Shown: positions 10,156 to 20,361, numbered from the stretch's first letter. The stretch: 32,356 nucleotides of DNA from Candidatus Woesearchaeota archaeon (GCA_016185915.1 JACPMP010000059.1:1-32356), one strand, 5' to 3'. Translations and numbers: made by a program. The notes: generated by a model from the sequence alone, not told the origin.

Positions 10156-10627
10156 TTATCCTGCCGTTTATTGAATGAATTGGCCTGCTTGGAGTATTTA
10201 CAGCATAATAGCTGAGTGATACCCTTAATTCAACTCTTGTGTCAGCAACATAAGCCCCGCCAGTGCAAGTTGCAAAAGACAAATCCTTTTCTGTTGCATG
10301 AACCCATTGAAATTCAGATGCTCCACAAGAGCCCTGCGGTTGCGCATTTGGTGTGCATGAAATTGGCGGTGTGGCATCATTTGTTATTTGCATTGATTTC
10401 ACACAGATGTCTTCCCCCAGATTGTTAACCAGTTTAAACCTTACCTCGGTTGGCTTCAAACTAAAGTCTAAGCATTTAAACTGCGATGGAAAAACACATT
10501 TCTGCGGCAGGTATTTGCTAAAATCAAAAATCCCAAAATAATACAAAGCTCCAATTGTTACAGTAATGACAATAAAAGCCCATGCATAGGTGGTGAGAAA
10601 TTCCAGCGCTGCTTGTGATTTTTTCAT
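10133..10627 (-). CDS. Type IV pilin-like protein
   Basis: MKKSQAALEFLTTYAWAFIVI...YFGIFD...PQKCVF...CLDF. Confidence 0.85.
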   Translation of the reverse strand: MKKSQAALEFLTTYAWAFIVITVTIGALYYFGIFDFSKYLPQKCVFPSQFKCLDFSLKPTEVRFKLVNNLGEDICVKSMQITNDATPPISCTPNAQPQGSCGASEFQWVHATEKDLSFATCTGGAYVADTRVELRVSLSYYAVNTPSRPIHSINGRINGKVTSS

Positions 10628-10659
10628 TTCGATTACAAGGGAAGGATAAAAGACAATTT

Positions 10660-11070
10660 TTAGAAAATGCTTCCCAAGTCCTTTAAGTTGCCTGAAGCAT
10701 TTTCAAGTTCACGAGCTGTTGCTTCTTGATTTTCTTGTGTCGCTTGTTGAGATTGAGTAGTTTGAGCATTTTGCGAAAACCCCGGTGTTTTATCTGCCTC
10801 TAAGCTTGATTTTGAAGTCAAGTGAATGTAGGTAACAACCGTAAATACCAATACGACAATAAACAAGCCCGCAGCCAGAGCTGCATAGTTATGGGCAGGG
10901 TGAGGAGCTTCCAATAGCCCAAGAGTCTTTGGCTTGGATATTTCATCAATTAATTCATCAACTATTTCAGGATCGTATTCCTTTTTCAATAGCGCGTTTT
11001 TTATTTGGCTGGTTGAGTAGCCATTATGCAAAGAACTCCTTGCCCATTCAACCAATTTTTCGTTTGTCAT
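10660..11070 (-). CDS. Membrane protein with small N-terminal helical domain
   Basis: GAGGT SD before ATG 11070; LVEWARSSLHNGYSTSQIKNALLKKEY, one TM, Gln/Thr-rich tail. Confidence 0.7.
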   Translation of the reverse strand: MTNEKLVEWARSSLHNGYSTSQIKNALLKKEYDPEIVDELIDEISKPKTLGLLEAPHPAHNYAALAAGLFIVVLVFTVVTYIHLTSKSSLEADKTPGFSQNAQTTQSQQATQENQEATARELENASGNLKDLGSIF

Positions 11071-11119
11071 TTTGATAACCTCTTTTAGATTTTGTTGCAA
11101 AACTTATTTAAATATTTAT

Positions 11120-11821
11120 TTATTTCAAACCTTTAAAAGCTTCATCAACATCATCTTTGCTATAATTATGCGTTAGCAAGGCATTTCTTATCTGCTCTTT
11201 GCTGTAGCCCTTTCTCAGATTAGTTGTTACATAATTCTTTAATGTCAAAATGCTTTGCTGTTGAACTTGGCTCATAAGAGCTTTGTGGTCATTTTTTCTC
11301 TTAACCTCGATATATGTTAAAAAGCCGAATATCAGCAAAAGAGGCAATGCGATGTAGAGCCATAAAAGGTTTAATGGGTTTGTTTGTACCGCCTCTAAAG
11401 GGATTTCTAAAAGTTTTTTGTTTTTATTATCATAAATGTTGATGAGTTTGGCGTTTGAATAATAAGGAACAGAGAGTTTAAAAGTTAAATCTTCAGGCGT
11501 GCCTTGAACTTCATCTTTTGTAACATCTTTTAATAATAATGCCCCTGGTTGTATATTAAAATTCATTGATTTTAGTACTTCATTTTCAGACGAAACAACA
11601 TCAAGCCTGTAATCAGCATCTGGCTGAGATAAAGTATTTGTTGCTGTGCCATCAGCCACTTTAACATCAACTAAAGATAATGAATCTGTCAAGAGTTGTT
11701 TTTTATAATTAAAGGTTAGAGAATATACTTTTCCAGTTTCTTGTGCATTTACAATTACCGATAATAATAGCACACATAACAATAATATAATACCAAACGT
11801 TATTTTGTTTATTTTTGACAT
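11120..11821 (-). CDS. Exported protein with C-terminal TM and cytoplasmic helical domain
   Basis: Signal peptide, beta-rich domain, TM, LKNYVTTNLRKGYSKEQIRNALLTHNY; abuts the upstream gene. Confidence 0.75.
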   Translation of the reverse strand: MSKINKITFGIILLLCVLLLSVIVNAQETGKVYSLTFNYKKQLLTDSLSLVDVKVADGTATNTLSQPDADYRLDVVSSENEVLKSMNFNIQPGALLLKDVTKDEVQGTPEDLTFKLSVPYYSNAKLINIYDNKNKKLLEIPLEAVQTNPLNLLWLYIALPLLLIFGFLTYIEVKRKNDHKALMSQVQQQSILTLKNYVTTNLRKGYSKEQIRNALLTHNYSKDDVDEAFKGLK

Positions 11822-14539
11822 TTAAATCACATTAATATTAATATCAACTGTGTTTGTTCGTGAAACTTCTACAGTTGGCTGCGAGCCTGAAGCAATTATT
11901 GCAAATGCCCTATAACGCCCTGGCGTAATAGGACTTGTTATAGGAGCTGTTTGAAATTCCAAATTACCTACCAAATCTGTTCCTCCAACTCTCTGGTTGT
12001 TCAAGGGTCCCTCGGACGTACCTTCTCTTATAAGAGAAAGATACACTATATGCCCTGAAGGAGCGTTTGAAATCTTAACATTAACTGGTTGTCCAGTAGT
12101 CAGCTGTACTAAACCACTTTGCTGATTGTTAATCCTAAGTATAGAGGTTGGTGTGGGGGCTACTGTATAGAAAACATGATTGCTGTCAACTGGTACTAAC
12201 CTCACTGCATCTGTTGCAGTAATCCATGCTTCCCACTGCTCTGGTAGTCCACCTTCTCTTACTAAGGATACTGGTCCTAGTTCAAAAGTACAAGGTGTGC
12301 CTACGCAGCTACCAATACCGCCATAAGGAACATCATTTTGTCGCACCCCATTTAATTTTCTATTTAAAGTTACACTGGTGCTGAGTAGTCCAGTAGTTGA
12401 AGCAACTGTAACTCTTATTCTTTCGCCTGGAACATAAGATCTTTTATCCAAACTTAGTGCAACTCTATATGGGGGCAATTGTGTGGGTGAATTTGGGTCC
12501 CTTACATTTACATAAAATGGAGGAGATATAAATCTATTTTTATTAGGTGAATTATCTATTGCTTCAAACTGAATTACATGAGTGCCTATACTATTTGCTG
12601 GAAGTGATGATGACTGCTCTATCCTGCATGTTACTTCACCACCAGATGTGGTGGGTAAAGTAACAGAAGGTGTGCACGAGCGAGGATTGTTATTTACAAG
12701 AATTCTGATTGAGTCAATTCCGCTTGGGTCTCTAACGCGAGCAGTAGCTGTAAATGGTTGAGATGGGTTAACAATGCCATCATTCTGGATAGCTTGACCA
12801 CCTTGTGTTATGCCTGCCTCTATAACCTCGGGTGGTGTTGTGTCTTGTGGAGTAGGAGCAGCAGTAGGGGGGGGAATGGGGGTAGGAGCTCTTGGAGTTA
12901 TCTCAAGCGTAACCGTTCTTCTTGCGCAATTGCCTGTACCTATGTTATTAATGCTAACAACTCTTACATTTCCATTAGCATAACTAAATTGGTTTCCTGA
13001 TGCGTACAAATTCTCTGCAATTGTAGAACTTCCGCTGGACAATCGTAGAACTACTCTAGGTAGCGTACTTCCTTCACTATTCGGAGGAGTATCACTACTC
13101 GGTCCAACAACTAATTTTACACCAGAGCCAAAATCCAATTCTGTACCAGAAATTTGAGTTGTACCCCCAATACTTTGGCATAATGTGTACCTCCTGGGAC
13201 TAGTAGAACTATAATCATAAGCAATCCTTGATTCACATAATGGGCATTCTTCAACTGGAGATATACTAGCAGGATTTGAAGGAACAGTAAAGGTTATTCT
13301 TTTCCTAAGTTCATCGACATTACAATTAGAAACACCAATAGGGTCAACCCAAAAGGTATATGTAGAGCCAGGATTGACTGGAACATTTGGTACAGGAGTT
13401 GTTGTTTGTATACCATTTTCACAGACATAATGTTGTGGACAATCAGAAGAACCAGGTACAGCATCAATATGATTAACAGTAACAACTTCGCCCTCATATG
13501 AGCCAATTAACCTTCTGGTATATGTGCCACTTAACCTTATGTTGTATGAAGTTGCACCTGGAACACTTGCCCAAGATAAAGTTACCTCACTATTTGGTCG
13601 TAAAGTAACGGTTGGTGTGTTGATAGTGTTTGGATTTATGGGGCATTGAGGAGCTGCAGGTGGAGCAGTTGGTGCTGCGCCTGGAGCAGATGGAGGTGGC
13701 GTTGCACTTGTCCTTAGCGCACTGCAATCATTGATGTTAAAGTAAGAACTAAGACCACTGCAATCTAAATCGTTTGGGGTACTAACAACTTGAACATTAT
13801 TTCCACAATCTCTTGTTGATTCGATCCCATTAATTATGTCAGTTACACTCAAAGCATTGCAAACTGCACGGCAGAAGCATGGTTTGATTTTATTATCTCT
13901 TTCTGTGTCTGTGATAGGTGTGCGGCCTTGTATTATTTGCCTAATCCTAGAAACCACTAAATTTTTGTCAGAATTTATTTTAATTTGTAATTGAGCTAAA
14001 TCTGCATTTCTCTGTGGTCTAACATTATTGTTTATCGCATTCGCAATTCTTTGTATTACTTCATCAGCTCTAGCTAATATGGCATTGGCTTGGGTCTCCC
14101 ATCTATCAAAATCAGTTGGAGGAATTATTCTTCTTTGAGTTACTGTAACAATCTTCAGTTCTGTTGCAGAAAGACCATCATTCCTGTTTTTTGCAGTGAC
14201 ACTTATAATGTATGCGTCTTGTGCATTTTCTGGGACAAAAGATTCAATTCCACACCAGAAACCTGTTGGCTGGGGACTACACTGCCTTTCATCACTTCCA
14301 CTTATCACATCTCTAAAAGTGGCACCTTGTTGTATTCTTGCATTTATTGAATTTCTATCAACATCTGTGCCTGTTATTCGAGCAGTAAATATAATATACC
14401 CGCCTGCTACAACTGTATCAGATGTTGCAATTTCTATTCTAGGCGGAGGTGCTTGCTGTACTGTTAATCTTTTTCTTATGAAAGATGAGAATCCTGCTGC
14501 ATTCCATGCAGCTCCTTCAACATCATATTCTAATAAGGT

Positions 14540-14597
14540 TATTCCCTGCGGCAGTTGAGGCACAAGAGTATTCCCTGCGGCAGTTGAGGCACAAGAG
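14540..14597. repeat. Perfect 29-bp tandem duplication
   Basis: TATTCCCTGCGGCAGTTGAGGCACAAGAG at 14540-14568 and 14569-14597. Confidence 0.95.
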
Positions 14598-14770
14598 GCG
14601 TGTCTAAGCCTGAGCATGGCGCTTCTGCTGGATCACCAAATGATGCATCTGTTGTCCTCTTGAAACGGAAATAGCATTTATCAGCACGCTGAGGATTAAC
14701 AAAGCTTATCCTTAATGGTTGGCCAGGACTAACTGTGGTAGGAGTTATTGTAAAGTCTTGCAATGTTGGT

Positions 14771-14786
14771 GCATTTGGGCATTTGG
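14771..14786. repeat. Perfect 8-bp tandem duplication
   Basis: GCATTTGG at 14771-14778 and 14779-14786. Confidence 0.9.
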
Positions 14787-15649
14787 TGGAGGTTGTCGGA
14801 CCGTTAGCGTAAATGTTGGTCTGTAATCAGAGTATCTCCCATCATTTTTGAATGCAGCTCCTTTTATTATATAGTCACCAGTTGGGAAACTTGATGTTAT
14901 TATACCTGAGCTTATGTCAGAGCATGGTCCTGTAATTGCAGGGGTTGGTTCAAATACTGACGAGTCTGGTCTTTTGTATTGGAATCCACAAAAATCTGCA
15001 TTTTGTGGGTTTCCGAAAGAAATTGTTATGGATTGTCCAAGATCTACAGGATTTGGTGCTGCTGAAATGCTTAAAAGTGTTGGTGGATAAGTACAAACTC
15101 CACTTTGACAAGTGCCACCAGAGCCACAAGGAACACTGCTTATTGGAGATTGACATTGGAAGGTTGTATAATCACAATTTCTCTGGGAAGAAGAGCAATA
15201 ATTTGTATTATAAGGAGGTTCATTTAAAGCAATACCGCTTGAGCAATAGGCATTTGAGCATACACCTTGAGGATAGCAGCCCGTTACACAAGATGGACCT
15301 TTTAGTTGTCCTCCGTAATCTGAGCACTGTTGCTGTGTAAAACATCCGTCTCCAAGGCTATAGTATCCAGTTGGAAGGCTTGGCGAATAAGCAATATAGC
15401 ATGCAGAGCTTATATAAGTATAGCCGAGATTAACGCAATCTTCAGCTGTGCATGGTCTAGGTGTAACAACATCTCTACAAATAGGGGTAGATGAAACACA
15501 CCATCCTGTTGAAGTACATCCACCATAGCAGGGGTTAGTTGTATAACACCCAGCATCATAAGCAAAAATGAAAGAACTATTTAAAGAAAGAGAAATTAAA
15601 ATAATCAAACTCAACAAAAAATTTCTTTTTATCATCTTTTGTTTGTAAA

Positions 15650-15806
15650 ATGTCGAAATTTTCCCTAGTTTATAACTAGTGACTGGAAGCCAATTTGCAA
15701 GTGTATTGTGCAAAATTTCCGAGCATGCTCAAAAACCTCCAGTAATGTCATTGCACATTAAGCTTCCGCAACATTCCACCAGTCTATGACTAGCGGTTTT
15801 TGACAT
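15650..15806. repeat. Double stem-loop palindromic element (REP/MITE-like)
   Basis: ATGTC...GACAT termini, central palindrome GAGCATGCTC (15721-15730), arms GAAATTTT/AAAATTTC and TCAAAAACC/GGTTTTTGA, internal CCACCAGTC-TAT-GACTAGCGG hairpin. Confidence 0.65.
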
Positions 15807-16026
15807 ATTAATTTATAGCAAAGGTATCAATTGTAAGTGCATTATTATTTATTCTCCAATTACAAACTGGTTACCCTTATCAAATTTGCTTCCAAAGGTC
15901 ATTCCAATTTTTTGAATAAATTTTTGTTGTAAATATTTTTTGGAGTCGTTTTGGATTTTTGATGTTTCTACTGTCTTTGATTACTTAAATTGTTTAATGT
16001 AGTTAAAATTTTGTTAAACCATCACC

Positions 16027-16404
16027 TTAATCCTCGGCAAGTGCCCATATAGCTTTTATGGTAATTATCAATGCGGCTGGCAAAACAAATATAGTTATGT
16101 TTCCAACAGCAGTCGCCAAAAACAACCCAAATTCTTTTGGCGGAATTAAAGTCAATCCAAACCTTGCAGTGCCTATCACAATCAGCGACGTTGTTGCGAT
16201 CAAAAAAGGCGTTGTTTCTTCTTTTTTTATGTTTAAAAATCCAACTAAAGTGCCGAGAATAATTAATGAAGTAGTTACAGGCACAATCCATTCCTTAGGT
16301 ACAAGCCCGGCTATAAATGCAAATGCCAAACCAAAAATAAAAATCCAATGGCCTAATTTGTTTTTTTCAATAGTTTGCTTGCTTTTCATTTTAACTTCTT
16401 TCAT
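16027..16404 (-). CDS. Small multi-pass membrane protein
   Basis: About four hydrophobic segments; LGTLVGFLNIKKEETTPFLIA; GAGGTGA SD. Confidence 0.75.
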   Translation of the reverse strand: MKEVKMKSKQTIEKNKLGHWIFIFGLAFAFIAGLVPKEWIVPVTTSLIILGTLVGFLNIKKEETTPFLIATTSLIVIGTARFGLTLIPPKEFGLFLATAVGNITIFVLPAALIITIKAIWALAED

Positions 16405-16538
16405 TTTAATTTCACCTCAATTTTTTATTAAGCACAATTAATATATCCTCAATCAATTTACTGTTTAAACCTTACTTTTTAAAGTTACAATACTTAATTG
16501 CAAATAAATCTTTTGAATGAAATTAACAATCATTGATT

Positions 16539-17042
16539 TTAAACAACACTTGAGAATACTTCTCCTTTTACTTGTCTTGCATAAGATGTGCCGCTAGCTA
16601 CTGTATTATAAGTAGTAGTCACTAAAACTTTTCCTTTTTCACCGGCAACAAAGCCAGCAGGGCCTGAGTTGCAGTTACTCCATAACAACTCATTAATCTG
16701 GCCTGAATTCATTGTTATTGGGACTGATTGGGGTGTTGAGCAAGAATAAACAGTTGTGCCTTCACTTCCCAAAGTTAGAGAAGAGATTTGTATTGCTTCA
16801 CCGACATTGTTTTTGAGCCGCACTTTGAATGTACCTGCTGTTGCTGATATTTGATAATCAAGGCATTGAAACTCTGCTCCAAAATTGCATCTATTTGGCA
16901 AAATTTTGCTTGGGTTTAATATTCCAAAATAAGCAAGAGTGCCTATCATAATCAATATAACCAGAAAAGCCCAGCCATAAGTAGTAAGAAATTCTAATGC
17001 AGCTTGACTTTTTTTAAATAGCTTATGTGGAGAGTTATCCAT
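16539..17042 (-). CDS. Type IV pilin-like protein (tandem paralog)
   Basis: KKSQAALEFLTTYGWAFLVILIMIGTLAYFGILNP. Confidence 0.88.
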   Translation of the reverse strand: MDNSPHKLFKKSQAALEFLTTYGWAFLVILIMIGTLAYFGILNPSKILPNRCNFGAEFQCLDYQISATAGTFKVRLKNNVGEAIQISSLTLGSEGTTVYSCSTPQSVPITMNSGQINELLWSNCNSGPAGFVAGEKGKVLVTTTYNTVASGTSYARQVKGEVFSSVV

Positions 17043-17058
17043 TTTTCATATTTTATAT

Positions 17059-17553
17059 TTATGTAACACTTGAGAAAACTTCACCCTTTACTTGCTTTGC
17101 ATAAGCAGAACCACTAGCCACAGTATTATAAGTTACTGTAACCAACACTTTTCCTTTTTCACCCGCAACAAAGCCGGCAGGGCCTGAATTACAGCCCCCC
17201 CAAGATAAATCTTTAGTTTCACCTGACTTCCATGCAGTCGGCATTGATGGTGGCACAGTGCATGTATATGCAGTTGTGCCTTCACTACTTAATGTTATAG
17301 CTGACACATCTATCAGCTCTCCTGCATTGTTCTTGAGCCTTAATTTGAATCCGCTCGTTGTTGCTGATATTTGATAATCAAGGCATATGAACTCTGAGCC
17401 CAAATTACACCTATTTGGAAGTACTTTGCTTGGGCTTAATATCCCAAAATAAGCAAGAGTGCCTATCATAATCAATATAACCAGAAAAGCCCAGCCATAA
17501 GTAGTAAGAAATTCTAATGCAGCTTGTGCTTTGCCAAATATTCTAATTTTCAT
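17059..17553 (-). CDS. Type IV pilin-like protein (tandem paralog)
   Basis: KAQAALEFLTTYGWAFLVILIMIGTLAYFGILSP. Confidence 0.88.
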   Translation of the reverse strand: MKIRIFGKAQAALEFLTTYGWAFLVILIMIGTLAYFGILSPSKVLPNRCNLGSEFICLDYQISATTSGFKLRLKNNAGELIDVSAITLSSEGTTAYTCTVPPSMPTAWKSGETKDLSWGGCNSGPAGFVAGEKGKVLVTVTYNTVASGSAYAKQVKGEVFSSVT

Positions 17554-17558
17554 TAATA

Positions 17559-17771
17559 TCAGCTCTTTTTTTTAGTTTTCTCACTAAGGTTTTCTTTTAT
17601 CTGGAGTAAAACGCCAAATATGATTAGCAATAACAGAGCATTAACCAGCAATAAGCCTATACTCAAAACGCCTAAATTTACATCTTTGAACTGAGATGCT
17701 ATAAAAACTCCAATTAGCATAATTATAAAAACCACTGCCGTAGTTAAGAACTTGTGTTGGGCATGATTCAT
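17559..17771 (-). CDS. Small two-TM membrane protein leading the pilin genes
   Basis: Two hydrophobic helices, basic tail, 5 bp from the pilin start. Confidence 0.65.
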   Translation of the reverse strand: MNHAQHKFLTTAVVFIIMLIGVFIASQFKDVNLGVLSIGLLLVNALLLLIIFGVLLQIKENLSEKTKKKS

Positions 17772-18005
17772 TTTTCTCTCTTTTTCAATTTTAATTCAGT
17801 TTATTATATATAAACTTTTCTGTTTATGGATACTGTTTAATCTTCAACATATAGCCAATTTTTTGATAATTTATTGGTTTTGCTATTTATCTTCTCGACT
17901 AAAAACCAATCATCAAATCGTAAAATTTCGCATTAATTCAACAATCTGCCGATAACTGAATAGTATCCTGTTTATGAGAGAATAAATCCAAGTTCATGAA
18001 GTTAC

Positions 18006-18863
18006 TTATCTTTTCCTAAAAGCGTTATCCATTATTTCTTTATTATAACCGCTTGGTATTTTGCCTTTTGCAGCATAAACGTAGAGCGCAGTATTAAATA
18101 TCGAGTTAGCCACACTAAAGATAATGATTACACCCAGCAAGTAGATTACAGTAAGGAAAATTATTGGTATTATAAATGCAATACCTAAACTCGAAGTTAA
18201 AACTACTAAGATTACTGCTGTAACTATCCCAACAACCATAAACAAAAATTCTACTAAGCCAAGTCCGTAATACCCAATTAAGCTTTCACCCCAAGTTTTC
18301 TTTAATATTTCTACAGATTTTTTTATTGCATCTATAGGTCCTAAGTTATTATACACCATTCCCGGAACAACGAATATTGTGATAAGACTCCACATCATTC
18401 CTAAAACAGCGTTTTGTATTCTTAATAGTATCTCACCAACACCACCTAATTTTTCTGCCAATCTGTCAAACAATCTTAAAATAACCCCTAAAGTTGCGGA
18501 TATCAATGCCCATGTAAATATCAAATGAATCTTTGATGTGGTGAATTTGATGCTTTCACCAAATGTTGCATTGCCCCCTTCAAATCTTTTTTTAGTGGTG
18601 TAAACAACACAAACATTGAAGAAAGTAGTAATGAATGATAATACAAGATATGCGATAAATAACAAGAAATATTCCATAACACCAAAAACAGGACTTACCC
18701 CATTTAAAAGTGCAACGATTATTGACGGAAATAGTATAGCTATTATGAATATTATTGATAACACACCTGACAATATAGGAAATAGTAATAGCTCTCTATC
18801 TTGTTTGATTACACTGAAACTTAATCGAGTTATTGCCCAGCTTCTTGAAAACGCATTTGCCAT
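18006..18863 (-). CDS. Multi-pass membrane protein, DUF6159-like
   Basis: FSRSWAITRLSFSVIKQDRELLLFP; DAIKKSVEILKKTWGE. Confidence 0.75.
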   Translation of the reverse strand: MANAFSRSWAITRLSFSVIKQDRELLLFPILSGVLSIIFIIAILFPSIIVALLNGVSPVFGVMEYFLLFIAYLVLSFITTFFNVCVVYTTKKRFEGGNATFGESIKFTTSKIHLIFTWALISATLGVILRLFDRLAEKLGGVGEILLRIQNAVLGMMWSLITIFVVPGMVYNNLGPIDAIKKSVEILKKTWGESLIGYYGLGLVEFLFMVVGIVTAVILVVLTSSLGIAFIIPIIFLTVIYLLGVIIIFSVANSIFNTALYVYAAKGKIPSGYNKEIMDNAFRKR

Positions 18864-18994
18864 ATAATGAAATAGAAAGACAATAAGTATTAAAATGTTA
18901 TGGTGCTGTAAAAACTAAAACTTTCACTATTCTTCCGAAAACAATAAATAGGACTTCTTATTAGTTTTGTGCCTCATAAGTTGATTTGGTGATA

Positions 18995-19672
18995 ATGTTG
19001 AAAAAAATTTTTTTAATTAGCGTACTGCTTTTTATCGTAAGCTGCACACAAATAAAGGGCTTTGATTATGGTGTTAAGCAGATTAGTAAACTTAATTCTA
19101 GATATAATACAACTATGGAAACCTACCCAAATAATATAAAACAAATTGGCTTAATGCTAAATGATTTTGAAGAGCTCAAGAAAATTCAATTGGAGAAAAA
19201 TCAAGAACCATTCAATTACATCATCAATTACAGAATACTTAATCTTGAAGCTGAAAGGCTATATATCGAAGGGCAGAAATATGGTGATGCTGGAACTACT
19301 AAAAAGGGTTTTGGATGTAAACCAAGACCGCTTATAATTGAATCAGTCTTTTTGAGAAATAGCTCGGCAATGAAGGGTTTTGAAGCAGTTAACTTATTAC
19401 GGGAATTTGTCGGTAAATACCCAAAAGAGGCAAATTTGGCGGGCTTATCTTTTAAAAATGCATTATTCCTCAATGCAACTTTCTATCAAATCTCAAGAGA
19501 CGCAAGAAGTGACAGCAGTATAATCAATCGTTTTTGCCCTGCAAATGTGACCTTAGAAATTTATCAGCAAGAATTCAGAAAAAAGACAAATATGAGTGAA
19601 GATTTCATCAACAATTTAAGTTATGAGGAAGCAGTGCCTATTTGGAAGAAATTAAGAGGTATCGAAAAATAA
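18995..19672 (+). CDS. Putative lipoprotein
   Basis: GGTGA SD; MLKKIFLISVLLFIVSC lipobox-like signal. Confidence 0.7.
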   Translation: MLKKIFLISVLLFIVSCTQIKGFDYGVKQISKLNSRYNTTMETYPNNIKQIGLMLNDFEELKKIQLEKNQEPFNYIINYRILNLEAERLYIEGQKYGDAGTTKKGFGCKPRPLIIESVFLRNSSAMKGFEAVNLLREFVGKYPKEANLAGLSFKNALFLNATFYQISRDARSDSSIINRFCPANVTLEIYQQEFRKKTNMSEDFINNLSYEEAVPIWKKLRGIEK

Positions 19673-19717
19673 TAGATTTTTCGGAACCTCCTCGTAAACT
19701 CGGAGGTATAACTTAAG

Positions 19718-20137
19718 ATGTCATTAAAAAAACCTACTAGTGTGGAAGAGTGTGTTTATTTCACTAATAGGACAATAGATTCTGGCAGAGCCATGGCATG
19801 GGTTTTCAGAAAGGAATGCCCAAAGTGTAAAAAAGGATTTATGGGCAAACCACAAAAAAAAGGCGGCAAAATTGATAAGAAAGCAGACCATTATGTTTGC
19901 TATTTATGTGATTACAAGGAGACAAATGAGCAAGTGGAAACTAGCTTAGTCCTTAATGTTGAATACAAATGCCCGCATTGCGGAAATGAGGGTGAAACAA
20001 CTACTGAGTACAAAAGAAAAAGCTTTGAGGGAGTTCCTTCTTTCGTTTTTGAATGCCAGAAGTGCCATAAAAAGATTGGATTGACGAAAAAGATGAAGGA
20101 ATCGAAGAAGAAAGGAAAAGAAGATTTGGATGAATAG
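19718..20137 (+). CDS. Multi zinc-ribbon hypothetical protein
   Basis: Four CxxC pairs (CPKC, CYLC, CPHC, CQKC); GGAGGT SD. Confidence 0.8.
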   Translation: MSLKKPTSVEECVYFTNRTIDSGRAMAWVFRKECPKCKKGFMGKPQKKGGKIDKKADHYVCYLCDYKETNEQVETSLVLNVEYKCPHCGNEGETTTEYKRKSFEGVPSFVFECQKCHKKIGLTKKMKESKKKGKEDLDE

Positions 20138-20261
20138 GTTAAATTGATTTTTCATTGATATAAGATTAGAGTTTTGCTTTATTATTTACATTCTCCCATG
20201 ACACATTCTATGCCTTTGCCATTAATTTTTAATCAACAACAATAACAAATAAAAAAATTAA

Positions 20262-20354
20262 TTATTTGTTCCCTTTCTTAAATATATCTTCAACCTTTTT
20301 CCAGTTGACAACATTCCACCAATTCTTTAAGTAATCGGCTCGTCTGTTTTGGTA
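20262..20354 (-). pseudogene. Displaced 3' end of a Fe/Mn superoxide dismutase gene
   Basis: Manual translation YQNRRADYLKNWWNVVNWKKVEDIFKKGNK*, the canonical segment following WEHAYYxx in Fe/Mn SODs. Confidence 0.9.
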
Positions 20355-20361
20355 CCCCATT

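Larger units (their letters stand above)
11822..15635 (-). pseudogene. Large modular surface protein/adhesin (Cys-rich + Ig-like/FN3-like domains, Pro linkers) broken by two frameshifts; about 1258 aa when repaired
   Basis: ORFs 14745..15635, 14539..14763 and 11822..14617 fuse in frame when one copy each of the 8-bp and 29-bp duplications is removed (3814-37=3777 nt). The signal peptide is only on the first piece. Confidence 0.85.

Noticed and set aside
14540..14597. CRISPR-like 29-bp repeat
   Set aside because: Two directly adjacent copies with no spacer, inside coding sequence, and no cas genes.
16539..17553. Diversity-generating retroelement TR/VR pair
   Set aside because: Differences are not adenine-specific, both copies are whole genes, and no reverse transcriptase is present in the window.
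17800..18005. Possible pseudogene fragment
   Set aside because: Short frames with stops and no identifiable family.
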